From Vampirovibrionaceae bacterium NZW_1234 (GTDB taxonomy: Bacteria > Cyanobacteriota > Vampirovibrionia > Vampirovibrionales > JAGQHJ01): a stretch of 64,000 nucleotides of DNA. Location of the stretch: assembly GCA_041697335.1 (NCBI GenBank), contig JBGUGD010000015.1:1-64000 (forward strand), read 5' to 3'. Below the pieces are notes generated by a model that was given only the letters and a program-made list of their open reading frames with translations, made no database searches and was not told the origin of the DNA. Shown here piece after piece: positions 29,527 to 38,196 of this stretch; the first letter of the stretch is position 1, and every line of letters starts with the position of its first letter. The position numbers and the translations under genes are program-made.

Positions 29527-29700
29527 ATGAGTCAATCTATGGGTGGTTTCGGCCCTCCGCCGGAAGAATCGTCAAATCAAGCTCCTCAGGCACAGGTTCC
29601 CAAGAAGCCTATGCCGTTTATGAGCCGTTTTACCCCGCCATCTCGCCCGCAAGGCTCCGGTGGTGTAAGCCAGGGCGGCTTCGGAGCTCCGCCCTCATAG
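29527..29700 (+). CDS. 57-aa Gly/Pro-rich small protein (below the ORF-track cutoff)
   Basis: AGGTG RBS and ATG at 29527; MSQSMGGFGPPP...GGFGAPPS*; followed by a terminator hairpin. Confidence 0.55.
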   Translation: MSQSMGGFGPPPEESSNQAPQAQVPKKPMPFMSRFTPPSRPQGSGGVSQGGFGAPPS

Positions 29701-29722
29701 CGGGTTTGACAATCAAGCTTTT

Positions 29723-29755
29723 AAGCGAGGTGCCTCTTACTCAGGCACCTCGTTT
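29723..29755. terminator. Intrinsic terminator between the small ORF and the convergent tetR gene
   Basis: AAGCGAGGTGCCT-cttactc-AGGCACCTCGTTT. Confidence 0.75.
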
Positions 29756-29770
29756 TGGGGTTTAGTCGCT

Positions 29771-30361
29771 TTAGGCCTCAATCAAGGTTTTGAGCAAGGC
29801 CTTGGCATGGGTCACCGACCAGGTATTGTGATAGACCTCGGAAATCCCAATGGCCCCAATCACAATAACCATATACGAATCGGCCAAAGAGGCTTCATCC
29901 AATTTCTTATACTTGGGCTCAGAGGCCACCAGATCCGCCACCAATTGCCGAATCATTGAGCGCAACTGCTCATAGTGGACCATGGCCTGCTGGTTTAGTT
30001 CATTATCCGGATCCGGGACTTCCGAAATAATGTGCAGGAATGGGCAGCCACGATAATCATTCTGGTTCAGCCAACCTTCAACGGCATCCATAAAGGCAAA
30101 AAACCGCTCATATGGACTACTGAACTGCTCAACCGCCGCTTTTAACCCGGTCAGCCCGGAAAGGCTCATTTCTTTCAGGTAGGCCATGCACAGGTCTTCT
30201 TTGCTGGGGAAATGGGCAAAAAACGTCGCCTTCGCCACATCGGCATGCTTGATAATCTCGTTCACCCCCGTGGCCCGATAGCCTTGCTTGTAAAATAGAT
30301 CGGCTGCGGTGGCCAAAATGCGATCTCGTGCGGGTGACACGGCCTTTGCCGTATTTGCCAT
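29771..30361 (-). CDS. TetR/AcrR family regulator (NemR/ComR-like)
   Basis: RDRIL.TA.DLFY.QG..ATGV.EI..A.VAKAT HTH; RGCPF motif. Confidence 0.93.
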   Translation of the reverse strand: MANTAKAVSPARDRILATAADLFYKQGYRATGVNEIIKHADVAKATFFAHFPSKEDLCMAYLKEMSLSGLTGLKAAVEQFSSPYERFFAFMDAVEGWLNQNDYRGCPFLHIISEVPDPDNELNQQAMVHYEQLRSMIRQLVADLVASEPKYKKLDEASLADSYMVIVIGAIGISEVYHNTWSVTHAKALLKTLIEA

Positions 30362-30508
30362 GATTCCGTTCCCTTTGTTGCCCCGGAATCGGGGAGTACT
30401 GCCTCTGGAGTGCCTCGATCCGCCCTAAAAGAAAAAAGCCAGCTGATGAACAAGTCACCGCTAGCAGAGCGTTTCACAACGGATCGAGTTACGTACCTTG
30501 TTCATCAT
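30362..30508 (-). ncRNA. Candidate structured cis-regulatory 5' leader of tetR
   Basis: 11-bp stem (30497-30507/30444-30454), a U-tract, and a 9-bp loop-to-downstream pairing (30480-30488/30414-30422). Confidence 0.4.
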
Positions 30509-30514
30509 ATACTT

Positions 30515-30544
30515 ATGATACCAGTAGACAGACTAGTCTGTCAA
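30515..30544 (-). promoter_or_regulatory. Sigma70 promoter of tetR overlapped by a palindromic operator
   Basis: TTGACA-N18-(TG)TATCAT on the minus strand; perfect palindrome GACAGACTAGTCTGTC at 30527-30542. Confidence 0.8.
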
Positions 30545-30627
30545 TACTTTTTGCAAACATTGTTTTATCCTTTCGGATCAAATCCTGCTATCACACTTGA
30601 CATACAACCCCAAACCTTAACCCAGAA

Positions 30628-30662
30628 GAAAAGCCTGACCCCACTAGGGAATCAGGCTTTTC
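30628..30662. terminator. Intrinsic terminator after the CoA-binding protein gene
   Basis: GAAAAGCCTGA...TCAGGCTTTTC hairpin. Confidence 0.75.
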
Positions 30663-30685
30663 ATTATTCGAATTTCAGTCTGAAG

Positions 30686-31078
30686 CTAAACGGTCACCTT
30701 TTCCAGCATGATGCAGGCGTTGGCAATGACTTCGATGCCGTAGGCTTCTGCTTTTTCCAGGGCTTCATCGGACTCCGAGCCGGGCTGAAACCAGATGCGT
30801 TGAATTCCGGCTTTATGACAGTCTTCCACCACTTGAAGTGCCGCCTTGGGGGGCACCACCAAGTCGACCACCTGGGGTTTTTCCGGCAACGAGGCAATGT
30901 CGGGATAGCACGGATCGCCTTCCACTTCGGTCAACTTCGGGTTGACCGGGTAAACTTTGTAACCGGCGGCCTTCAGGTCCCGGTAAATGATGTTGCCGTA
31001 CTTTTCACGGTCCTGGGATGCGCCGACCACCGCCCAAGGCTGCAACTTGGGCCACTCTGCCAAGGGATTTCCAGACAT
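30686..31078 (-). CDS. CoA-binding protein (YccU-like)
   Basis: AVVGAS...KYG, VYPVNP, IWFQPG and ACIM motifs. Confidence 0.92.
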   Translation of the reverse strand: MSGNPLAEWPKLQPWAVVGASQDREKYGNIIYRDLKAAGYKVYPVNPKLTEVEGDPCYPDIASLPEKPQVVDLVVPPKAALQVVEDCHKAGIQRIWFQPGSESDEALEKAEAYGIEVIANACIMLEKVTV

Positions 31079-31113
31079 AACCTATCCTCCCGCTTACAAA
31101 ACAAGGTTTCAAC

Positions 31114-32130
31114 TTACGATTCCAAAGTGCGTAACTGCTCGTACAAGGCACGGGCCTCATCGGTTAGCACCTCGGGGAATTTGGCTTTGATCTTGACCAT
31201 TAAATCACCATTGTCGGCAGGTGTCTTCCCTGGGAGTCCTAAGCCCTTCAAGCGCATCTTTTTGCCGGGCTCGGTTCGTTCCGGGATTTTCAAGGTCACA
31301 TTGCCTTCCAACGTGGGAACAACGATGCTGGTTCCCAAGGCCAAATCCGGTATGGACAGGGTAGCTTCGTAAACCAGATTATTGTCTTCCACCTGAAACT
31401 GCGGGTGTGGCTTGACATTAACCGTCAGATACAGATTCCCTTTTTGCCCGGAAGGTCCGGCAATGGCACCGCTCAGCTTAATCTTCTGGCCCGGCTTGAC
31501 ACCTTTGGGGACTTTGACCGAGATGGGTTTGGGCTTTCCGCCGTCATGACTGAAGAGGATGTTCTTCTCCGTCCCGGTCACCAACTCTTCAATGGTCAAG
31601 TCAATGGTCTGATGCACATCAAGGTCCGGCGGGGGCGCTTGGGTCTGATGCTGTTGCTGATAATACCGGGCCCTAGGGTCCTCGTGGGAGTAACCCTGCT
31701 GGCCGTAACCGGGTTCAAACCCGAAATCCACATTGCGCTGATGCATCCGCTGCCCGGCACGACCGGCCTGCATGCCCATCTGGCCAAACAGCATATCGAA
31801 GAAATCCGAAAACGATCCGCCGGCACCGAACGTGGAGGTAAAGGCGCCCATATCGCCAAAGTTGAATTGCATGCCCTCAAAGCCCGGTGGCGCTTCAAAA
31901 TGAGCCCCATGCTTCCAGTTGGCACCCAGACTATCATAGCGCCGACGTTTCTCAGGATCGCCCAAGACCTCGTAAGCTTCGTTGATTTCTTTAAATCTTT
32001 CTTCCGCCCCAGGGTTCACGTCGGGGTGATACTCCCGCGCCAACTTGCGATACGCCGATTTGATTTCCTTTTCCGACGCAGACCGATCCAGACCCAGGAT
32101 TTTATAATAGTCTTTATATTGTACGGCCAT
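31114..32130 (-). CDS. Class B DnaJ co-chaperone (CbpA-like, no zinc finger)
   Basis: KDYY.ILG start, HPD motif, G/F-rich linker, C-terminal domains; no CxxCxGxG. Confidence 0.93.
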   Translation of the reverse strand: MAVQYKDYYKILGLDRSASEKEIKSAYRKLAREYHPDVNPGAEERFKEINEAYEVLGDPEKRRRYDSLGANWKHGAHFEAPPGFEGMQFNFGDMGAFTSTFGAGGSFSDFFDMLFGQMGMQAGRAGQRMHQRNVDFGFEPGYGQQGYSHEDPRARYYQQQHQTQAPPPDLDVHQTIDLTIEELVTGTEKNILFSHDGGKPKPISVKVPKGVKPGQKIKLSGAIAGPSGQKGNLYLTVNVKPHPQFQVEDNNLVYEATLSIPDLALGTSIVVPTLEGNVTLKIPERTEPGKKMRLKGLGLPGKTPADNGDLMVKIKAKFPEVLTDEARALYEQLRTLES

Positions 32131-32253
32131 CGATGTTACCCATCGCGAACTTCTCTCTACGTATTGTTATCTTAACGGCTGAAACGGCTGTCACGGCCAT
32201 CCTTAAGAATCCTTTAATTTTACGTTGAAGACCCCAAGGACGCCATCCACCAA

Positions 32254-32808
32254 ATGCATGCCTCTGCCGGATCAGACCGGGTGACTTACACCCTTGAGTC
32301 CCTTCAATCGGGGCTTTCCCTCGGGATCCTTCGCCTTCAGAAAGGACCTCTGGGCCTTTGTGAGCTGGCCTCGCTGATAGCCCTGGCCGACTCAATGCCA
32401 CCTCAAACCCCATTGCTCCTGGTCACCGAGCATGCCACTGTCCCCAAGCTCAGACCTGGGGACGAGCAAGACTGGATTCTTCTGGCCGGCCAATACCGGG
32501 CATGGCAGCACCAGTTTAAACAGCAGGGCGGCAAACTCGCCTCGCTGGTAACCGAGTGTGCCATTGGGGGAAGCTATCTCGTTCATGGCATGGGAGCGTC
32601 CATCCGTCTTGCCTATGACCATGCGCTGTTCTATCCGACTCTGGCCCAGGAACACTATGAAGCCCGATTCAAGACGCCGTATCCGCACCCCACGGATGCT
32701 CCTACAGCTCTGGCACACCAGCTCATCACCCATATTATCCCGAAGCAGACTGAGCCTTCAGCCTTAGGGGAGCTGGTCATTTTTCTTTTCGATTCACATC
32801 ACGCATAA
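32254..32808 (+). CDS. Divergent malonate-decarboxylase gamma subunit (MdcE)-like carboxyltransferase-fold protein
   Basis: GPLGLCE..L, PLLLV and G.KLASLV..CAIGGSYLVHGMGA recall the MdcE segments GEVGL.E, PIV.LVD and GHPVIGL...A.SG.FL.HG. Confidence 0.45.
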   Translation: MHASAGSDRVTYTLESLQSGLSLGILRLQKGPLGLCELASLIALADSMPPQTPLLLVTEHATVPKLRPGDEQDWILLAGQYRAWQHQFKQQGGKLASLVTECAIGGSYLVHGMGASIRLAYDHALFYPTLAQEHYEARFKTPYPHPTDAPTALAHQLITHIIPKQTEPSALGELVIFLFDSHHA

Positions 32809-32820
32809 TGCCATTACCAC

Positions 32821-32970
32821 GGGTGAATTTGGTGGTTTGGTGCGGTGCATGATCGTGACCTGGCCGTTTGTTTTCAGAATCTGGAGAACCCCGTCCCAGC
32901 ATGGGTTCCCAGAACCCCCTTCGGGACAAATACGGTCCTGACATGCTCCCGGCAGACCCCAAGGGTGAAT
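32821..32970 (+). other. 134-bp imperfect rod-like hairpin flanked by 8-bp direct repeats (MITE or ncRNA candidate)
   Basis: GGGTGAAT at 32821 and 32963; nested pairings TTGG/CCAA, GCATG/CATGC, CCGT/ACGG, TCTGG/CCAGA and GAACCC/GGGTTC. Confidence 0.5.
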
Positions 32971-33131
32971 TTGTAAACGATTGCGTTACAAACACTAGTC
33001 AGTGGGAAAACTTCATCAGTATAATGACTACATCGAATGTTGATTAAACTATTTGTTCACTAACCTGGGCCGTTTGTGCCATTGTTCCTATACCAATGTC
33101 TCATGCAAACGGTTTTATGAGGAGGACCCCA

Positions 33132-33989
33132 ATGTCGGCAATAGAGGATAGAGAGCGAGTCGTACTGGTCGACTTGTCCCATGCAGAGAGTTCTGCCGAC
33201 GCAGTAAGGCAGTTAGAGGCCTACCTGGATCAGGAGCGCTCGCAAAAGCGCCTGGGCGCCGGGTCACGTATTGAATTGAATACCGGGGACCTCCTCTTAA
33301 CACCGGGCGTGTTGGCCAAGATGACGTTAGCCATCCGCAAACTGGGATTGAGCGTTGAGACCCTGTATTCGGTTGTGCCCCAAACCCAGCAGTCCGCCTT
33401 GGACGAAGGCCTGCTGGTTCGCCAAAAACCGCCGAATTACATGTCCATCGGTGCTCCACGCAAGTTCAGCCCGGAACAGTTTATTAACCAAGCGTATAAA
33501 GATTTGGATCTGCCCTTTGAAAACCTGTCCTCCCCTGAGCGTACTGCCGGGTCGGAACCGCAGGAGCCCTTAACCCGCTTGTCCGTTACTCTGGATGACG
33601 GCACCCGTGAAGAAGTTGAGCGCAATCCCGGTTTGTCTTTAGGCACCGTGTTCTACAAGCAGAATTTGCGCTCCGGCCAAGTCCTAGAAGCCAGCGGTAA
33701 CATTGTGGTGGTTGGTGATGCCCACTCCGGCAGTGAGATTCTGGCCGATGGCGACATCCTGGTCTGGGGGTTCCTGGGCGGCATTGCTCATGCCGGCCGC
33801 CAGGGAAATGATAAATCTGAAATCCGAGCCATTCGTATCGAAGCGGTTCAACTTCGGATTGGTCATTACATCGCACGACGGCCCGACCGGCTGTTCAAGC
33901 TGGGCCAGGCAAAGAAACACCGTGCCCCGGAAGTCGCCCGCGTTCGGGACGGTGAAATCCAGATCTATGAAGATATAGTAGAGCGATAA
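33132..33989 (+). CDS. minC: Septum site-determining protein MinC
   Basis: LRSGQ, G.IVVVGD...GSEI.A.GDI.VWG.L.GIAHAG; immediately upstream of minD. Confidence 0.93.
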   Translation: MSAIEDRERVVLVDLSHAESSADAVRQLEAYLDQERSQKRLGAGSRIELNTGDLLLTPGVLAKMTLAIRKLGLSVETLYSVVPQTQQSALDEGLLVRQKPPNYMSIGAPRKFSPEQFINQAYKDLDLPFENLSSPERTAGSEPQEPLTRLSVTLDDGTREEVERNPGLSLGTVFYKQNLRSGQVLEASGNIVVVGDAHSGSEILADGDILVWGFLGGIAHAGRQGNDKSEIRAIRIEAVQLRIGHYIARRPDRLFKLGQAKKHRAPEVARVRDGEIQIYEDIVER

Positions 33990-34012
33990 GAAAGAAGAGG
34001 GACGACACTCTT

Positions 34013-34840
34013 ATGGCAACAAAAACTGAAGGTCGTGTCATTGTCATTACGTCCGGAAAAGGTGGAGTCGGTAAAACAACGTCTACGGCCAACATTGGCG
34101 CAGGTCTGGCCAGGATGGGGTATAAGGTAGTCTTGATTGACACCGACATCGGTCTTCGGAACCTCGACATTTTGATGGGCCTTGAAAATCGCATTGTGTA
34201 CAACATTGTTGACGTGGTTGAAGAACGCTGCAAGTTGGCACAGGCTCTGGTTAAGGATAAGCGGATGCCCAACCTGTGTCTGCTACCGGCGGCTCAAACC
34301 CGGGATAAAAGCGCCTTAACCCCCGAGCAGATGAACTCGGTGGTTAGTGAACTCAAGAAAGAGCATGATTTCATCCTCATTGACAGCCCGGCCGGCATTG
34401 AACAAGGCTTTCAAAATGCCGTCGCAGCCGCATCGGAAGCCATTGTCGTTGCGACGCCGGAAATGTCCTCCGTCCGTGATGCTGACAGAATCATCGGCTT
34501 GCTAGAGACTAAGGAAGAAATCAAGAACTACAAGCTGGTCTTGAACCGGGTTCGCCCGGATATGATCAAAGCCAACGACATGATGGACGTGGATGATGTC
34601 CTGGAAATTCTCTCGGTGAAGCTGTTGGGCATTATTCCGGAAGATCAGGACATTATCATCAGCACCAACCGTGGGGAACCTGTCGTTTTACGGGAAGGTG
34701 AGAAGGTTCCCAAGGCAACCTTGGCCTATCGTAACATTGCCAAACGAATTTCAGGCGAAGATGTTCCCTTTCTTGAGCTGGAAACCCCAGTTCCCTGGAT
34801 GGAGAAGGTCAAAAGTCTGTTTAAATTCGGCGCAGCGTAA
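34013..34840 (+). CDS. minD: Septum site-determining ATPase MinD
   Basis: SGKGGVGKTT, DIGLRNLD, C-terminal amphipathic helix. Confidence 0.98.
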   Translation: MATKTEGRVIVITSGKGGVGKTTSTANIGAGLARMGYKVVLIDTDIGLRNLDILMGLENRIVYNIVDVVEERCKLAQALVKDKRMPNLCLLPAAQTRDKSALTPEQMNSVVSELKKEHDFILIDSPAGIEQGFQNAVAAASEAIVVATPEMSSVRDADRIIGLLETKEEIKNYKLVLNRVRPDMIKANDMMDVDDVLEILSVKLLGIIPEDQDIIISTNRGEPVVLREGEKVPKATLAYRNIAKRISGEDVPFLELETPVPWMEKVKSLFKFGAA

Positions 34841-34857
34841 TGAGGGGGAAGGATACG

Positions 34858-35223
34858 ATGCCAACAGAAGGGTTGCAACCGCAAAATAACAAGCTGGTCC
34901 AATGGTGGGTCGGGTTGTTTCAGAAACTCTCTGCTCCTGTGCCGACACCCACTGACACAAAGACAGAGATAACCGACAAGGTCGATGGTTCAGCATCGGC
35001 GAAAGACGATGCCAAAAACCGCCTGAAACTGGTTTTAATGCACGACCGTACCCAGCTCTCTCCCTCGTTATTGGAAGATATGCGAGATGAGCTGATGGAG
35101 GTCATTTCCAAGTACGTCGAAATCGATAAAACCACGATGGATCTGTGCTTGGAGCAAGAAAGCAATACGATTGCCCTGGTCGCCAATATCCAAGTTGTCC
35201 GTGGCCGGGAAGCAACGTCGTAA
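34858..35223 (+). CDS. minE: Cell division topological specificity factor MinE
   Basis: AKNRLKLVLMHDR, ELMEVISKYV and ALVANI motifs. Confidence 0.95.
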   Translation: MPTEGLQPQNNKLVQWWVGLFQKLSAPVPTPTDTKTEITDKVDGSASAKDDAKNRLKLVLMHDRTQLSPSLLEDMRDELMEVISKYVEIDKTTMDLCLEQESNTIALVANIQVVRGREATS

Positions 35224-35279
35224 CACGTTTGGCTGACTTGTAGTTCGCGCTTGCGGGCTTTCAGGAGAGTCAATTTACT

Positions 35280-35315
35280 AAAAGAGGACTGTTCGGGATG
35301 TTGCAGTCCTCTTTT
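35280..35315. terminator. Bidirectional terminator between minE and the GNAT genes
   Basis: AAAAGAGGACTG...CAGTCCTCTTTT. Confidence 0.75.
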
Positions 35316-35341
35316 CGGTTTGTCTTCCAGGTCGGTTTGCC

Positions 35342-35902
35342 TTACGGGCGAGGCGGCGGGGGAACCCACTCGCCATTGAGGGCCCCGTAGACCACTTCAT
35401 CCAGATACCGCTCCCGAACCAGCAGGGAGTTTCGTAAGACGCCTTCATTTTGGAAATTCAAGCGCTCCATCAGCTTCTGGCCACGAATATTTTCCACCCC
35501 CGTGCGAGCTTCCACCCGGTTGATCTGCAAGGTATTAAAGGCATACTCGGTAAGGGCGAGGAGGGCTTTATACACATTTCCTTTACCTTCATAAGCCTGG
35601 CTAACCCAGGCCCCAATAACAGCAATACTGTTGTTCCAGTCAATTTCCTGGTAGGAAACGCCGCCTACGAGTTTATTATCGACCCACAAGCCCGCCTTCA
35701 TGCCAATATTATTGGCATAATGCCCTAAGGCCACTTGAATGAAGTTATGGGCATCCTGTACGGATTGAAACGTTTCCAGCCAGCCAAACCACGGATTCAT
35801 ATGCTCTCGATCGCTTTGAATCAAGTCAAACCAGGCTTGTGTATCGGCATAATCCAATAACCGCAATTCCAGCCCTTCACCTAACGTCCAACTCAGCTTC
35901 AT
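35342..35902 (-). CDS. RimL/RimJ-type GNAT N-acetyltransferase
   Basis: IGAWVS..YEGKG and N.R...L.ERL.F..EG.LR motifs. Confidence 0.9.
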   Translation of the reverse strand: MKLSWTLGEGLELRLLDYADTQAWFDLIQSDREHMNPWFGWLETFQSVQDAHNFIQVALGHYANNIGMKAGLWVDNKLVGGVSYQEIDWNNSIAVIGAWVSQAYEGKGNVYKALLALTEYAFNTLQINRVEARTGVENIRGQKLMERLNFQNEGVLRNSLLVRERYLDEVVYGALNGEWVPPPPRP

Positions 35903-36456
35903 CAGGAGGCCCCCCCAAACTCGGAGGCCAGCAGGCCATAGACCTGAATATCATGGTACTTGCCATTCAGCCACTGGGCACTGCGAAACTTGCATTCCGT
36001 TTGAAACCCAAGCCTCTGGGCCACCTTAATGGCGCGTTCATTATCGGTGGTACACCGAATTTCCATCTTGTTCAGGCCCATGTCGTTATAGGAGTACTCC
36101 AAAACTTTTTTAGCCCCCATGGTAACCAGCCCTTTGCCTTGAGCGGCAGAGTCCAGCCAATAGATAAGCCAACCCAAGCGGTTCGTCCAATCAATGGGTT
36201 GCTGATGCCCAATAAGCCCGGCCAATTTATTCTGGTACCAGATGCCCAGCATAATTCCATTGCGTTGGGAAAACTGCGTCAGCGAATAGGATACGAAACG
36301 CTGAACATCGGCTTGTGTGCGCATCATATCGCCCCAGCCGAACCATTTTTTCAAATACGTGCGATTTCGCTCAATCAGGGCGTGCAGTTCGGCCGTATGC
36401 TCGTAGGAGAGCATACGCACTTCGGCCAGGGGCAACTCTAAAGGACAACGATACAT
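35902..36456 (-). CDS. RimL/RimJ-type GNAT N-acetyltransferase (tandem paralogue)
   Basis: YWLD..AQGKG and N.RA..VA.RLGF motifs; stop overlaps the next gene's start. Confidence 0.9.
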   Translation of the reverse strand: MYRCPLELPLAEVRMLSYEHTAELHALIERNRTYLKKWFGWGDMMRTQADVQRFVSYSLTQFSQRNGIMLGIWYQNKLAGLIGHQQPIDWTNRLGWLIYWLDSAAQGKGLVTMGAKKVLEYSYNDMGLNKMEIRCTTDNERAIKVAQRLGFQTECKFRSAQWLNGKYHDIQVYGLLASEFGGAS

Positions 36457-36622
36457 AATGATAGGGGACTCTTGGGGTTACAGAAATGTCAGGCAGATTG
36501 GCTCCCATTGTAAATTGTTTTTTCCGCCTTGGGATGACGTATTTGGAGGAGAAAAACCGTATTTTTACCCAACGTGGAATTTTCGGTAGAATGAAGGGAA
36601 CAGATTGAACCAAGGAATTCCA

Positions 36623-37657
36623 ATGCGCCCTTTCTTACTGCCCCGAACTGCATGGCTCGCTACACTGGCCCTGACCTGTGTTGTCGGTCTGGGGGCCTTT
36701 TATCCGGCACAATCTCGGGTTGTTTCCCCGGTTTCTCTTCAGCAGTCCCGTGGCATGGTGAGTCGTTTCTACTACCAAATTGCTCTGGAAGCAGGAACAC
36801 TGGGCCAGCTGGATTTTTCCAGCGATCTGATGGGTCGGGTTTACCGGCTGAACCCGGATAACCTCCATGTGGTGATGAACTATGCCCAGCTACTTCAAGG
36901 GCAGCACAAACTGGAAGAAGCCTTAATCGTTTATCAGCGCCTGCTGGCCCAAACCACGGATCCGGACATCCGGGCCGTCCTGCTGTACCAAAGTGCCCTG
37001 CTGTATGATGACCTGAATCGTCTGCCGGAAGCCATTGAGAGCTTGACCACCTCCATTAACCTCATTACTAACCAGGTTCCCGGTGTTTTTTACTATAATT
37101 TAGGCGTGTTTCATGCCAAGCTGAATCAGTTTGAAGAATCCCGAATTTACTCTCAAAAAGCCGTTGAGCGTGTCCCGGAGTCTGCAGCGGCCTGGAATAA
37201 CCTGGCCTATAGCTTTGCCAAACTGGGGCGCTACGAGGAAGGCTATGACTCCATTCAGCATTCCCTTCACATTGAGCCCCGTAATGCCAATGCCTTGGAT
37301 AGTCTGGGCTATATCCTCTACCACTTGGGCCGGTATGATGAAGCCATTGAGACGTACCAAAAAGCCCTGTCCGAAGACCCCTTGATGGCCGAAAGCATGC
37401 TGTACCTTGGCTTGGCTTATGAGGCCAAAAATCAGCTGAGCAAAGCCATTGAGGCTTTGGAGCGTTTTGTGATTGTTTCTGATGACCCCAAGCAGACCGC
37501 TGAGATTCAAGGTAAAATTGCCCGGTTAAAGTCAAAAGTGGCCGATCACGCCTGGAGTCCCCCTTTGAGCAAACCCGGCTCCCAGGTTTCAGCTCAACTG
37601 GAAAAATCACTGCCGGGCGTGTCAGTCGATCCGGACCAAAAGCCGGACGTAAAATAG
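36623..37657 (+). CDS. Exported tetratricopeptide-repeat protein
   Basis: Signal peptide; AWNNLAY and ALDSLGY TPR patterns. Confidence 0.85.
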   Translation: MRPFLLPRTAWLATLALTCVVGLGAFYPAQSRVVSPVSLQQSRGMVSRFYYQIALEAGTLGQLDFSSDLMGRVYRLNPDNLHVVMNYAQLLQGQHKLEEALIVYQRLLAQTTDPDIRAVLLYQSALLYDDLNRLPEAIESLTTSINLITNQVPGVFYYNLGVFHAKLNQFEESRIYSQKAVERVPESAAAWNNLAYSFAKLGRYEEGYDSIQHSLHIEPRNANALDSLGYILYHLGRYDEAIETYQKALSEDPLMAESMLYLGLAYEAKNQLSKAIEALERFVIVSDDPKQTAEIQGKIARLKSKVADHAWSPPLSKPGSQVSAQLEKSLPGVSVDPDQKPDVK

Positions 37658-37665
37658 GTTGTCCT

Positions 37666-38196
37666 ATGGTAATGAAGCGAAAAACAAATCTTGTTTTCCT
37701 AACCGGCTATATGGGGGCCGGAAAATCCACCATAGGAAGGAAACTTGCTATTGCCCTCGGCTATCGGTTTATGGATACGGACAAAGCGTTGGAGAAACAA
37801 TTCAAGCTCAAGATGTCCGACATTTTTAAGACCCACGGCGAGCCTCGGTTCCGTCAGGAAGAAGAACGCCTCATTGAAAAGATGGCCTCGAAGTCCAATT
37901 ATGTTATTTCCACCGGTGGGGGCACCTTAACCCGCACAGAAACATTTTTCACCGCCCAGCGTGCAGGGCTTTTAATCTACCTGAAAGCCCCGGTTGAAAT
38001 TCTTTACGAGCGCGCCATCTTTAGCCAGAAAGACCGCCCGCTACTCAACGCCCAAAACCCGGAAGAACTCTTCCAGAAGCGCTTTAAAACACGGGAGCCC
38101 TACTATATCCGGGCTGACTTTACTGTTGAAACCGTTGACCGAAGCTCAGATGACGTGGTCAAGGACATTGTGGCATGGTTGAAAGAACAACAGTAA
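37666..38196 (+). CDS. aroK: Shikimate kinase
   Basis: GYMGAGKS, GE..FR..E, STGGG and RPLL motifs. Confidence 0.96.
   Translation: MVMKRKTNLVFLTGYMGAGKSTIGRKLAIALGYRFMDTDKALEKQFKLKMSDIFKTHGEPRFRQEEERLIEKMASKSNYVISTGGGTLTRTETFFTAQRAGLLIYLKAPVEILYERAIFSQKDRPLLNAQNPEELFQKRFKTREPYYIRADFTVETVDRSSDDVVKDIVAWLKEQQ

Noticed and set aside
30410..31372. 320-aa plus-strand ORF
   Set aside because: Crosses a promoter, a terminator and two well-supported minus-strand genes.
32972..32990. NtcA box (TGTA...TACA)
   Set aside because: The spacer is 11 nt rather than 8.
35342..36456. Tandem GNAT genes as a toxin-antitoxin pair
   Set aside because: Both are RimL-like full-length acetyltransferases and no RHH antitoxin gene is adjacent.
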